Below are positions 1 through 9,722 of a stretch of 64,000 nt of DNA, in pieces (position 1 is the first letter of the stretch; the number at the start of each line of letters is the position of its first letter). The position numbers and the translations under genes are program-made. The DNA is from Occultella glacieicola (GTDB lineage: Bacteria > Actinomycetota > Actinomycetes > Actinomycetales > Beutenbergiaceae): the NCBI RefSeq assembly GCF_004353825.1, contig NZ_SMNA01000012.1, forward strand, positions 1 to 64,000, in the 5' to 3' direction. Below the pieces are notes generated by a model, which saw only the letters and a list, made by a program, of their open reading frames with translations, searched no databases and was not told the DNA's origin.

Positions 1-75
1 CCCCGGCCCCTGCCGCCGAGTCGCCCGCGCCCGCCGCCGCGTCCCCGGCCCCCGCCGCCGAGTCGCCCGCGCCGG
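1..75 (+). repeat. ~42-bp tandem repeat encoding the [14 protein letters not shown] linker of E2
   Basis: ccccggccccYgccgccgagtcgcccgcgcc occurs at 1 and 43. Confidence 0.7.
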
Positions 76-1064
76 CCCAGCCGGAGCCCAGTCGGGCCGA
101 GGCCTCCGAGGAGGGCCCGACCTCCTACGTGACCCCACTCGTCCGGAAGCTCGCTGCGGACAAGGGTGTTGACCTGGCTTCCGTCACCGGCTCCGGCGTG
201 GGTGGGCGGGTCCGCAAGCAGGACGTGCTCGCCGCCGCCGAGGCCGCGGAGAAGGCCGCCGCCGCGAAGTCCGCCGCCGCCGACGCTCCTGCCGCTGCCC
301 CGGCTCCGGCCGCTCAGGCCGCGAAGTCGACCCCGGCGGTCTCGCCGCTGCGCGGCACCAGGGAGAAGATGTCTCGCCTGCGCAAGATTGTCGCGTCCCG
401 GATGGTGGAGTCGCTGCAGGTGTCCGCCCAGCTGACCACCGTGGTCGAGGTGGACGTGACCAAGGTGGCCCGCCTGCGGGCCCGGGCGAAGAACGACTTC
501 GCCGCCCGCGAGGGTGCCAAGCTGACCTTCCTGCCGTTCTTCACGCTGGCCGCCACCGAGGCTCTCAAGGAGTTCCCGAAGCTCAACGCCAGCATCGACG
601 GCGAGGAGATCGTCTACCACGGCTCGGAGAACATCGGCCTCGCTGTGGACACCGACCGTGGCCTCGTGGTCCCGGTCATCAAGGACGCCGGTGACCTCAA
701 CATCGCCGGCATCGCCCGCAAGATCGCCGACCTGGCCGGTCGCACCCGGGTGAACAAGGCCACCCCGGACGAACTGTCCGGCGGCACCTTCACGATCACC
801 AACACCGGCAGCGGTGGCGCCCTGTTCGACACGCCGATCCTGCTCCAGCCGCAGGTCGGCATCCTCGGTATCGGCACCATCGTCAAGCGCCCCGTGGTGG
901 TCACCGACGCCGACGGCGCCGAGGTCATCGCGGTCCGCTCGATGGTCTACCTCGCGCTGTCCTACGACCACCGCCTGGTGGACGGTGCGGACGCGGCCCG
1001 GTTCCTCATGTCGATGAAGAACCGTCTGGAGGAGGGTGCGTTCGAGGCCGACCTCGGTCTCTGA
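1..1064 (+). CDS. sucB: 2-oxoacid dehydrogenase E2 component, dihydrolipoamide acyltransferase (5' part lies outside the window)
   Basis: Pro/Ala linker, E3-binding domain (TPLVRKLA...[13 protein letters not shown]), catalytic domain with TFTITN and DHRLVDG; upstream of lipB/lipA as in actinobacteria (dlaT). Confidence 0.95.
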   Translation, partial: PAPAAESPAPAAASPAPAAESPAPAQPEPSRAEASEEGPTSYVTPLVRKLAADKGVDLASVTGSGVGGRVRKQDVLAAAEAAEKAAAAKSAAADAPAAAPAPAAQAAKSTPAVSPLRGTREKMSRLRKIVASRMVESLQVSAQLTTVVEVDVTKVARLRARAKNDFAAREGAKLTFLPFFTLAATEALKEFPKLNASIDGEEIVYHGSENIGLAVDTDRGLVVPVIKDAGDLNIAGIARKIADLAGRTRVNKATPDELSGGTFTITNTGSGGALFDTPILLQPQVGILGIGTIVKRPVVVTDADGAEVIAVRSMVYLALSYDHRLVDGADAARFLMSMKNRLEEGAFEADLGL

Positions 1065-1089
1065 ACGCTCTCCTGAAAACGCACTGCCC

Positions 1090-1126
1090 GACGGCGGCCG
1101 TTCCCTTCCGGGGGCCGGCCGCCGTC
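1090..1126 (+). terminator. GC-rich hairpin after sucB, probable terminator
   Basis: gacggcggccg (1090-1100) / cggccgccgtc (1116-1126) inverted repeat. Confidence 0.65.
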
Positions 1127-1163
1127 TCGTAGGGTGGCGGACGGGTCGAGCGAAGGGGCGCAG

Positions 1164-1772
1164 ATGAGGTATCTGCTCGGCGGGATGCTCCTGCTGACCG
1201 TCATCGTGCTGTTCTCGGGTCTACTGCCGAACGTCGAGGACACGGGTTCCGGCGAGGGTGGCGGCGACACCTCGATGATCTTCGGCATCTGGTGCGGGCT
1301 CTACCTCGTTGCCTCCGCATTGACGATCTGGGACGCGGTTCGTGGCGCGCGGCGCGGCGACCTCGCCGGACTGCGACGCGGCGCGGTCTTCGTCAAGCTC
1401 GCCGGGATCCCGTTCTTCGTCCTGAACTTCCTGTTCCTGTGGTTGATCACGACCGGCCTGCTGTTCTTCGGGATCGGGTTCCTCCTGGCGCCGATCGCGG
1501 TCGTCTGGACCTACCTCGTGATGCTCCCGACCTCGGCGTACGGGATCGCCTGCCTCGTGGTGCTGAGGCGCACGGGGACGACCTCGCGACAGTTCCTCAC
1601 CACCAACCTGATCCTGCACCTGGTGTTCGTGGGCGACGTGGTGAGCACCCTCGTGGTCGCCACCAGGACAGGTGCGGCGCTCAGAACGGTGCCACGCGCA
1701 CCGCGTCCGGCTCAGGTCGCGTCCGACCACCCGCCCGGTTCCCTGTCCGCGCAGGGCGGGCGGGCGTTCTGA
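1164..1772 (+). CDS. hypothetical integral membrane protein
   Basis: ORF with about 5 hydrophobic segments; ATG at 1164 after a purine-rich stretch. Confidence 0.7.
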   Translation: MRYLLGGMLLLTVIVLFSGLLPNVEDTGSGEGGGDTSMIFGIWCGLYLVASALTIWDAVRGARRGDLAGLRRGAVFVKLAGIPFFVLNFLFLWLITTGLLFFGIGFLLAPIAVVWTYLVMLPTSAYGIACLVVLRRTGTTSRQFLTTNLILHLVFVGDVVSTLVVATRTGAALRTVPRAPRPAQVASDHPPGSLSAQGGRAF

Positions 1773-1853
1773 GTCCGTTCCACACCGCTGCTGCGGGCAG
1801 CGCCCCCACTGCGTAGGGTGGCGAGGACCGGATGGGCGAGGGACGGAGCCGAC

Positions 1854-2744
1854 GTGGGTGCAGTGGTCGTCGCCGGCGGATCCGGCCTGATCGGCACCAC
1901 CGTCGTGGACGCGCTGCGGGCGCAGGGCCGCGAGGTACGGCAATTGGTCCGCCGCGAGCCGCAGGCGCCGGGCGAGGTCCGCTGGGACCCGGACTCGGGC
2001 CTGTTGCCGGACGAGGTCCTCGACGGTGCCGCCGCGGTGGTCAACCTCGGCGGCGCGGGCGTGGGCGATCGCCGGTGGACCCGGTCCCGTAAGGCGTACC
2101 TGCTCCGCTCCCGGGTGGCCGGCACCTCGCTGATCGCCACCAGGCTCGCCGGGCGCAGGGAGCCGATCCGGATGATCCAGGCCTCGGCCGTCGGGTTCTA
2201 CGGCGACACCGGTGAGACCGAGGTCCGCGAGGACCACCCGTCCGGGGCGACGTTCCTGTCCGGGCTGTGCCGCTCCTGGGAGGCCGCTGTCGCGCCCGCG
2301 GCCGACGCCGGCGTGCCGGTCGCGCGGGTGCGCACCGGGATCGTGCTGAGCCCGACCGGCGGCGCGCTCGGACCGTTGAACGTGCTGCTGCGGCTCGGGC
2401 TCGCGGGCCCGATGGGGTCGGGGCGCCAGTGGTGGCCGTGGATCACACTCGCCGACCAGGTTGGCGCGATCGTGCACCTGATGGACTCCGACGTCACCGG
2501 TCCGGTGAACCTGTGTGCCCCCGAGCCGGCCCGCAACCGGGACCTGATCCGCACCCTGGCCTCCGCGCTGCACCGCCCCGCGGTGGTCCCGGTGCCCGGG
2601 TTCGCGCTGCACCTGGCCCTCGGTGAGTTCGCCGGCGAACTGCTGCAGTCCCAACGGGTGGTACCCGGTGTGCTGGCCGGCGACGGATTCACGTTCGCGC
2701 ACCCCACGCCGGAGGCGGCAGCGCGCTACCTGTACGGCGGGTGA
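1854..2744 (+). CDS. TIGR01777 family NAD-dependent epimerase/oxidoreductase
   Basis: GGSGLIG Rossmann motif, SAVGFYG, GSGRQWWPWI, C-terminal SQRVVP; usual neighbour of dlaT. Confidence 0.9.
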   Translation: MGAVVVAGGSGLIGTTVVDALRAQGREVRQLVRREPQAPGEVRWDPDSGLLPDEVLDGAAAVVNLGGAGVGDRRWTRSRKAYLLRSRVAGTSLIATRLAGRREPIRMIQASAVGFYGDTGETEVREDHPSGATFLSGLCRSWEAAVAPAADAGVPVARVRTGIVLSPTGGALGPLNVLLRLGLAGPMGSGRQWWPWITLADQVGAIVHLMDSDVTGPVNLCAPEPARNRDLIRTLASALHRPAVVPVPGFALHLALGEFAGELLQSQRVVPGVLAGDGFTFAHPTPEAAARYLYGG

Positions 2745-2770
2745 GCGAGGGCGACCGCAGGTAGGTCGGG

Positions 2771-4108
2771 TCAGTCCGGGCAGTGCGTCAGGTCCCTGAC
2801 CAGCCAGGTCCGGTCCACGGCCGCGAGCGTGAACTCCACGCATCGCGCAGCGAGCGCGGGCATGGTGGCCGGCTCGGCTCCGTCGGCGGTGCGACGTTCG
2901 TGCGCGCCCTGGGTCAGCAACGCCCGAACCACGGCCTCCTCGCCTGTCTCGCGCACCAGGTCCACGGCGGTCACCGTGGTCTCCAGGCCGACCAGCTCGA
3001 TCTCGGCGGCTCGCAGTGCCGTGAGGAGTTGTGCGTCCGCTGCGTCAGCGGGCGAGCCCGGGACGCTCAGGGCGGCGAGGGCGACGGCATCCCCGGTCAT
3101 CAACGCCCGATCGCGCTCGGCGGTCAGGGTGATCACGGCGCTCGCCGGGCCGGTCATGGATCCCGCTCCGCCCGCGGGACTCGGCGCCGCAGGTTCGGCG
3201 AACACCGGTCGCCATCCGGTCAGGGTCGCGGCGCCGACCGCGGCGCCGAGCAACATCACCAGGCAGGCCGCCACCTGCCAACGTCGGGACCGCCGGTGCC
3301 GGGCCCGGCGCCGCGCCCTGCGGACCGGTCGGCGGATGGTCTCCTCCCGCCGGGCCTGCTCCCGCAGGCTCGCCCCGGCGAGGACCCGGGCATCGGGGAG
3401 CCGGATCGGGGCGGACTCCCGATCACGTAGCCGGTCCCGCAGGTCCACGAGGGAGGGTCGCGCCCGCGGCTCACCGGCGGTCAGGTCGCCGAGGACCTCC
3501 CGGAGCGCGACCCGATCGGTGTCCGCGACGGCCCACCGGGCGACCGCCCCGAGGCCGTACACATCCGTCGCGGTGGACACCTCGTGACCCGTCGCAACCT
3601 CCGGTGCCCGGAACCCGTCGGTGCCGGCCTCGAGCCCCGAGCCGCCGAGCAGGTCCACGAGCACCGGCTGCGCGTCGGGGTTCGCCAACACGATGTTCGC
3701 CGGTGACACGTCGCCATGCACCACCCCCGCCTGATGCAGTGCGGCGAGCGAGCCGGCCACGCTTGAGACCAGGCCGACGGTCTCGGCGAGATCCAGACCG
3801 TGCCGGGCGGCCCGCACCGTGGCCAGGGTGGCGCCGTCGACGAGGTCCTGGACCACCGCCGAGCGGCCGTCGTCGCAGTCGAGCACGGCGAGCACCCGGG
3901 CCAGCCCGGCGTGGTCGATCCGAGCGAGCGCCCCGAGCCGTCGCTGCCGGGCGGCCCGGGCGTCGGGCTCGAGGGGCTCGGTCAGCCGGATGGCGACCGG
4001 CCGGCCTCGCGGCCCGAGCTCACGGGCCGCCCACACGCGAGCCTCGGCACCGAGCCCCAGTGGCCCATCCACCAGGTAGCCCGGTATCTGCGGTGCTCCC
4101 CCGTCCAT
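2771..4108 (-). CDS. membrane-anchored Ser/Thr protein kinase-like protein (degenerate motifs)
   Basis: IPGY, LGLGA, VHGDVSPANI, GTDGFRAPE, DVYGLG; TM helix then extracellular domain. Confidence 0.8.
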   Translation of the reverse strand: MDGGAPQIPGYLVDGPLGLGAEARVWAARELGPRGRPVAIRLTEPLEPDARAARQRRLGALARIDHAGLARVLAVLDCDDGRSAVVQDLVDGATLATVRAARHGLDLAETVGLVSSVAGSLAALHQAGVVHGDVSPANIVLANPDAQPVLVDLLGGSGLEAGTDGFRAPEVATGHEVSTATDVYGLGAVARWAVADTDRVALREVLGDLTAGEPRARPSLVDLRDRLRDRESAPIRLPDARVLAGASLREQARREETIRRPVRRARRRARHRRSRRWQVAACLVMLLGAAVGAATLTGWRPVFAEPAAPSPAGGAGSMTGPASAVITLTAERDRALMTGDAVALAALSVPGSPADAADAQLLTALRAAEIELVGLETTVTAVDLVRETGEEAVVRALLTQGAHERRTADGAEPATMPALAARCVEFTLAAVDRTWLVRDLTHCPD

Positions 4109-4170
4109 GGCTCCCAGCAAACACCGGTCCGGGATTCGCTGCCGCGGCTATCCACAGGCGGCTCGGGCTG

Positions 4171-6489
4171 CTACTCGGCCTCGAACACGCGGACGTAGTC
4201 GAACGTGGCGACCGTCGACGGCGTGGCGCCGCCACCTGCGTAGAGCCCGATCGACGGATCGGAACCGGCGGGCAGGGTCCACGTCGCTCCCCAGCGCCAG
4301 GTCTCGCCGTCGAGCGAGGTGGCCGAGCGGTAGAGCAGATCGCCGGTGTCCGGGTCGACGGTGTGGTGCAGCTGCAACCACATCGTCGGTGCCACCGGGC
4401 CGCCGAGGTGGGCGCCCCAGTTGAACCTCCCGTCCTGCACGAGTTCCTTGCCGAACTCGGCCTGGCGGCTGCTCCAGATGGCGACCGTGCCGAGCCGTAG
4501 GAAGTCGTCGTCGGAGTTATGGACGATCAGCCCGGCCTGCTGGTAGTTGCGGACCGTATCGACACCGAGGTCCAGGGTCAGGCGGGTCTGCATGATCCAC
4601 TCGCCCTCGGGCGCGTCCCGCAGCAGGAGTGCTCCTGTGTTGTTCTCCCCCACGACGTCGACCGATTCGAGCGGCCACTGCAGGTTGCCGTCCGCGACGC
4701 CGATCTGCTCGGACGGACGCACCCACTCCCAGCCGGCGTCCAGTTCGCCGTCGAACTCCTCGGCGAACAGCGCGGTCCCGGGTCGGGGTTCGGCGACCGC
4801 CTCGGTCACCGGCTCGTAGGCGCCCACGACGCTCAGGTTGTCCACCTGTACCGCACCGCCGGTGGCCACCAGTTCGAGGGGCCGTTGCTTCTGCGCACCC
4901 CGCGGCAGGTCGACCCGGACCTCGGCGAGGACGTCACCGAGCCGGCTCTCCGAGAGCACCGCGTGCAGGGCGCCGTCGCGCATCTCGATCGACAGCGCCG
5001 TGAAGGCCTCCGCAGCGAACAGGTCCGTCAGCGGTGCCACCTCGACGGTGGTGTCGTGGCCCTGGGTCACCTCCGCGCGCAGTTCCCCGGCCGCCCGGTC
5101 GATGGTCACCGAGATCGCGTTACGACCGGCGTGTGCCAGTCCCACCGTGAACGTCTGGGCGCCGTCGAGGAAGCGGACGTCGGTCTCCACCCGCACGTCC
5201 CTCGGGGTCGGGCGGTTCGAGACCACGCTCGCGGTCCTGCCGAGCGGCTCGAGCAGGCCCACCCCACCGGCGTCGTTGAGTGTCTCGTCGGCAGCGGTCC
5301 AGGCTCCCCACGTTGCCCGCAGGGCCTGGTTCGCGGCCGGGTCGCTCTGGTCGATACCGAGCGCCGTGCCGGTGACCGGTCCGGTCAGGGCGCCCTCGGT
5401 CGGGCCGGCCCCGGCGTTCGTGACGGGCCAGCCGTCGATCCAGTCGAGCCGGTCGACGAACGTCGGCCGCTCGTTCACGCCACCGGGTGCGTCGAGCCAG
5501 GCGTCGTCACGCTCGATGCCGTGATACAGGATCCAGTCCTGGCCGGCGGTGTCGGTGAAGATCGCATGGTGACCGACCCCGATGATGGAGTTCCCGTTCT
5601 GGGCGAGCACCTGGGTGCCACCGACTCGGGAGTCGAGCATCGAGAATCCTTCGTGGTCGACGAACGGGCCGAGCGGCGAGGTGGACCGGCCGGCGTACAC
5701 GCTGTAGCCGGTCACGGGACCGGCGCAGCAGTTCGCCGACGACGCGGTCATGTAGTAGTAGCCGTCCCGCTTCACCACGAACGAACCCTCGTACCGGTCC
5801 GGTCGGGCCACCTGGGTCGGCTCGCCGACCGCGCTCAGGCCGCTCTCGTCGAGTTCGGTGACCCACAGCCCGCCGTGGAACCCCCCGAAGTACAGGTAGC
5901 GGGTGCCGTCGTCGTCGACGAACAGGGCGGGGTCGATCGTGTTGAAGTACCCGTCACCGCCGTCGCGACGCGGCTCGACGACGGCGGCCCCGGAGTCCGT
6001 CCACGGGCCCGCGGGAGTGGGCGCCGTGGCCGCACCGATCGCATAGTTCCACTGCCCCGGGTCGGCGACCGTGTCGGTCACCGTGTAGTAAAGGACGTAC
6101 TCGCCGTCGACGTACCGGATGTCCGGGGCCCAGAGGAACGACCCGGAGGTGGCCCAGGCGGGACGGGTGCTCTCGTCGAAGACCTCGCCGAGGTACTCCC
6201 AGTTCGTGAAGTCCGTGCTCCGCGCGATGTGCATCAGACCGAACGGGCTCGGCGCCTCGGTGAGCGGGTCGCTGGTCGCGTACATGTACCAGTACCCGTC
6301 CTTGCCGCGGATGATCGCCGGGTCGGCGTAGGTGTCGGAGAACTCGTCGGAGATCGGGTTCGTGACCGTCGGGGCTGACGGTGGGCTGGAGGACGCGGCC
6401 GGCGGGTCGGCCGTCGCGGCGGGGATCCCGGCGCCGAGCAGGCACAGGCTCGCCGCGGCCGCGAGCACCGAACGGAGGGAGGGTCGCAT
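4171..6489 (-). CDS. secreted family 43 glycoside hydrolase with C-terminal beta-sandwich domains
   Basis: signal peptide; ADPAII, WAPDI, IDPALF, YEG, GHHAIF motifs of the GH43 five-bladed propeller. Confidence 0.88.
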   Translation of the reverse strand: MRPSLRSVLAAAASLCLLGAGIPAATADPPAASSSPPSAPTVTNPISDEFSDTYADPAIIRGKDGYWYMYATSDPLTEAPSPFGLMHIARSTDFTNWEYLGEVFDESTRPAWATSGSFLWAPDIRYVDGEYVLYYTVTDTVADPGQWNYAIGAATAPTPAGPWTDSGAAVVEPRRDGGDGYFNTIDPALFVDDDGTRYLYFGGFHGGLWVTELDESGLSAVGEPTQVARPDRYEGSFVVKRDGYYYMTASSANCCAGPVTGYSVYAGRSTSPLGPFVDHEGFSMLDSRVGGTQVLAQNGNSIIGVGHHAIFTDTAGQDWILYHGIERDDAWLDAPGGVNERPTFVDRLDWIDGWPVTNAGAGPTEGALTGPVTGTALGIDQSDPAANQALRATWGAWTAADETLNDAGGVGLLEPLGRTASVVSNRPTPRDVRVETDVRFLDGAQTFTVGLAHAGRNAISVTIDRAAGELRAEVTQGHDTTVEVAPLTDLFAAEAFTALSIEMRDGALHAVLSESRLGDVLAEVRVDLPRGAQKQRPLELVATGGAVQVDNLSVVGAYEPVTEAVAEPRPGTALFAEEFDGELDAGWEWVRPSEQIGVADGNLQWPLESVDVVGENNTGALLLRDAPEGEWIMQTRLTLDLGVDTVRNYQQAGLIVHNSDDDFLRLGTVAIWSSRQAEFGKELVQDGRFNWGAHLGGPVAPTMWLQLHHTVDPDTGDLLYRSATSLDGETWRWGATWTLPAGSDPSIGLYAGGGATPSTVATFDYVRVFEAE

Positions 6490-6600
6490 CGTCGTCAACC
6501 TTTCAGACCGCAGCACCTGACACCGTCGCTCAGGCGGTGCGCAATGTGGTTCGGCCGAGTCATGGCAGGGTCAGGGGACGGTCATTCGTCTTCCGAGCGT

Positions 6601-6655
6601 CTTTACAACGGATACCTCGGCCTCTTGTCTAGCGAAGTCTTCCAACGTTGTAAAG
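6601..6655. promoter_or_regulatory. candidate LacI-type operator region upstream of the GH43 gene
   Basis: ctttacaacg (6601-6610) and cgttgtaaag (6646-6655) are inverted copies; near-palindrome TTCCAACGTTGTAA at 6640-6653. Confidence 0.5.
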
Positions 6656-6683
6656 AGGTCCGCTACTCCCCAGCCGAGTCGGC

Positions 6684-6701
6684 GCGCTTCCGCGGAAGCG
6701 C
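6684..6701. repeat. perfect palindrome GCGCTTCCGCGGAAGCGC, dispersed repeat also at 53288 and 53431
   Basis: identical 16-bp core CGCTTCCGCGGAAGCG at three intergenic sites. Confidence 0.75.
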
Positions 6702-6718
6702 CTCGAGGCGACCGGGAA

Positions 6719-7699
6719 CTACACCACGGCCGCGTCTCGCCGCGCGCGCCGTGCCTTGACGAAGCCGTCGAGCGGCCAGACAGCGGCGGACGCGAGCACG
6801 AGGAGCGCGAGCACCGACGCGACCGCGCCGCCCGACCCGAGCTGCTCGACGGCGTCCGTCCAGCCGGTCCGGGCGAGGTACGCCGGGTTGAACAGCGTCC
6901 CCGTGGCCAGCGTCCACGCGACCGGCACCGCTGTCGCGGTCGCGAGCAGCAGGCTGACCAGCACGAAACCGTAGCTCCAGCGACCGTGGCGGAACAGGAC
7001 GGTCCAGAAGAGCAGGTGGACCGCGAGGAGCGCCAGCAGGTACCACGACAGCCAGGCCCAGGTGGCCGGCTCGAGGAATGGCACGGACTCCCCACCGTCA
7101 GGCGAGGGCACCAGCCGCGGTCCCACGAGGATCAGCGCGGCGGCGATAACGACCATCACGACGTTCGCGACGTAGTCGACCAGCATCTGGTTGCGTGGCG
7201 GCTCGGTCAGGGCCGGGAGCTGGTCCGGAGTCCACTCGAGCACCGACCTGCCGCCGCTGAGCCGGTCGATGATCGCGAACACCAGGGTCGTCCAGAAGGC
7301 GAGGTGCACGGTGACCATGATCAGGACGACGACCAGTCCACCGATGATGTCGCCGAAGCTGGCGCCGTCGATCATCTGGGCGAGCGCGTACCCGAACGCG
7401 GCGGCCGGAAGCACGATCGCCAGCAGCAGCTTCAGGAGCCGCCTCCACAGGAGGTAGTGGGCGGGGCCGATGAGCTGCAGCGGCCGGTCGGAATACGCGG
7501 CCGCGAGCGCGTCGGGGTCCCCGAGCTCGACCAGGACGGCATGCTCCGCGGCCTCCCGGTCGTCGCCCGCCTGAAGCCTCGCGTCCGTTGCGTCGGCGAT
7601 CCGCTCGGCGATCTCGCGGCGGAGCTCCTCACGTTGCGGCTCCGGGACACTTCGGGTGGCGGCGAACAGGTAGCGGTCGGTCAGCGTCGCGTTCGTCAT
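6719..7699 (-). CDS. permease-prefix/HAAS-type membrane protein partnered with PadR
   Basis: N-terminal LTDRYL...ELGDPDALAAAY...LIGP then several TM helices; 4-bp overlap with padR. Confidence 0.8.
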   Translation of the reverse strand: MTNATLTDRYLFAATRSVPEPQREELRREIAERIADATDARLQAGDDREAAEHAVLVELGDPDALAAAYSDRPLQLIGPAHYLLWRRLLKLLLAIVLPAAAFGYALAQMIDGASFGDIIGGLVVVLIMVTVHLAFWTTLVFAIIDRLSGGRSVLEWTPDQLPALTEPPRNQMLVDYVANVVMVVIAAALILVGPRLVPSPDGGESVPFLEPATWAWLSWYLLALLAVHLLFWTVLFRHGRWSYGFVLVSLLLATATAVPVAWTLATGTLFNPAYLARTGWTDAVEQLGSGGAVASVLALLVLASAAVWPLDGFVKARRARRDAAVV

Positions 7700-8037
7700 G
7701 ATTCCCCTTGGTCGATGACGCCGCGCAGAGCGGCGTCCAGGCGGTACCAGTCCTGGGTGAGGTCGCGAGCGAGTCGTTCGCCGTCATCCGAGGTGCGGTA
7801 GAACTTGCGGGGTCGTGTCTCCCCCGTGCTCCACTCGCTCGTGACCAGGCCCTGCTTCTCGAGTCGCCGCAACAGCGGATAGAGGGTGTTCGCATCGACG
7901 TCGATGCCATCGGCCGCCAACGCCTCCAGCAGCGCGTATCCGTAGTCGGGTCGGCGCAGCCGCAGCAGGCACGCCAGTGCGACAGTGCCACGCCGCAGTT
8001 CCTGGCGGTGGCCGGCCGAGACATCATCAATTGGCAC
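7696..8037 (-). CDS. PadR family transcriptional regulator
   Basis: ELRRG, YGY, NTLYPLLRRLEKQGLV, RPRKFY. Confidence 0.9.
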   Translation of the reverse strand: MPIDDVSAGHRQELRRGTVALACLLRLRRPDYGYALLEALAADGIDVDANTLYPLLRRLEKQGLVTSEWSTGETRPRKFYRTSDDGERLARDLTQDWYRLDAALRGVIDQGES

Positions 8038-8134
8038 ACGACGCACTTTACTGTGCGTCACACATCAATGCAACGGACGGAGGTCAGTCTTCACGGTGGA
8101 CCGGACGTCCTCGCGGACGCTCCAGCGGTACGGC

Positions 8135-8755
8135 TCAGTGACCGGCGACGGTCACGTCGGTGCTCCCCGGCCAGGTCCTCAGGGACCATCCGTCCGCGTC
8201 CACGTGCACCTCGGCGACGCCGCACGGCGGGATCCACCGCTCCCCGGTCATGCCAGGCTGCCCGGCCGCGAGATGCGGCAGCACCAGCGACATCACCCCG
8301 CCGTGGCTGACCACCAGGACGGTCTCGCCGCGGAACCGGTCCGCGATCTCCTCGGCCGCATCCCGGAACCGGTCGACCACCCGTGTGCCGGACTCCCCGC
8401 CCGGCAGGGCGGCGTCGAGGTCACCGGCCACCCACCGCCGCATCACCTGCACGGCCGCGGCTTCGCCGTCGGGCGTCTGCGCGTCCGGACCCAGATCGAA
8501 CTCGACCAGGCCCGCCAGCGCCTCGGGTTCCAGCCCGAGTTCGGCACCGACCACGGCGCCGGTCTCGACGGCGCGGCGCAGCGTGCTGGTGAACAGTCCG
8601 GCGACCCGCCGCCCCCGGAGCGAGTCGGCGAAGGCGCAGGCCTGGGCGACGCCGTCGGACGTGAGGCCGAGGTCGCCGTCGTCGCCGGGCTCCGGCTCGT
8701 GGGCGTGCCCGTGCCGGGCCACCAGCAACACCGCCGCGCACTGCAGATCGCTCAC
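8135..8755 (-). CDS. histidine phosphatase (phosphoglycerate mutase) family protein
   Basis: ARHG, STLRRAVET, GES, VSHGG. Confidence 0.88.
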   Translation of the reverse strand: MSDLQCAAVLLVARHGHAHEPEPGDDGDLGLTSDGVAQACAFADSLRGRRVAGLFTSTLRRAVETGAVVGAELGLEPEALAGLVEFDLGPDAQTPDGEAAAVQVMRRWVAGDLDAALPGGESGTRVVDRFRDAAEEIADRFRGETVLVVSHGGVMSLVLPHLAAGQPGMTGERWIPPCGVAEVHVDADGWSLRTWPGSTDVTVAGH

Positions 8756-8786
8756 CCGTCGGACGTTACCCCAGGCCGGACGCCCG

Positions 8787-9575
8787 CTACAGCGCCTCCG
8801 GATCGAGCCCGAGCACGGACCGGCCGCCGTCGATCGGGATCACGGTGCCGGAGATGAAGTCCGATCGTGAGGACAGCAGGAACGCGATCGCCTCCGCGAC
8901 GTCGACGGGGCGGCCAACGCGCCCGAGCGGATGCAGCGCGGCCATCTGGGCGTCGACGCCGGGATGGTCGCGCCGATACACCTCGTAGCGCTCGGTCGTG
9001 ATCGAGCCCAGGGCGACGGCGTTGACCCGGATGCCCTCCGGCCCATGGTCGACGGCGGCCGCTCGGGTCAGGCCCTCGATGGCGGCCTTCGCGGTCGCGT
9101 AGGGCAGCGCGCCGCGCACGGGCCGCTGGGCCTGATGGGAGGAGACGTTCACGATCGAACCGGCGCGGGCGTGGGTGCGGAAGTGCCCGACGGCGGTGTG
9201 GGTCCCGACCAGGGCCAGGGTCAGGTTCGCGGCGATCAGGTCGCCGATCTCGGCCGCGGTCGCGGTGCCGAGGCCGGCGTCGGCGAAGATGGCCGCGTTG
9301 TTCACCCAGCCGCGCAACGGGGCGCGGGCCTCCGCGAGCCGAGCGGCCTCACGACATGCCTCCGGGTCAGCGGCGTCCGCCCGGACATGCTCGATGCCGG
9401 CGTGGTCATGGGAGGGCGGGGCCGGGTCGAGGGTCACCACCTGGCCGGCCCGGGCGAGCCGTTCGGCGATGACGCGTCCGATGCCGCCGCTGCCGCCGGT
9501 GACGACGACGGAGCCCGCCATGCCCTCCACCGGAGTATCGGCCGGCTCAGCCTCGGCCCTCGGGCTCCCGCCCAT
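8787..9575 (-). CDS. SDR family oxidoreductase
   Basis: TGGSGGIG, VNNAA, YATAK, IRVNAV; RBS caggag before ATG 9575 (C-terminal part of the long ORF 8787-11423). Confidence 0.88.
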   Translation of the reverse strand: MGGSPRAEAEPADTPVEGMAGSVVVTGGSGGIGRVIAERLARAGQVVTLDPAPPSHDHAGIEHVRADAADPEACREAARLAEARAPLRGWVNNAAIFADAGLGTATAAEIGDLIAANLTLALVGTHTAVGHFRTHARAGSIVNVSSHQAQRPVRGALPYATAKAAIEGLTRAAAVDHGPEGIRVNAVALGSITTERYEVYRRDHPGVDAQMAALHPLGRVGRPVDVAEAIAFLLSSRSDFISGTVIPIDGGRSVLGLDPEAL

Positions 9576-9722
9576 CTCGGTCTCCTGTCGCTCGCGGCCA
9601 TCGCCGAGCCTACGGCGCGGCGGGCAGGTCCAGGCGGATGTCACAGATCGCCCGGCTACGGCGTCATCAAGGTACGCGGCTCCACGAGCCGGCGATCGAG
9701 TAGCGAACGGAGTGGGTGCCAC

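Noticed and set aside
8052..8064. Imperfect palindrome TGTGCG-T-CACACA before padR as an operator
   Set aside because: It is short, imperfect and single; plausible but not supportable from the sequence alone.
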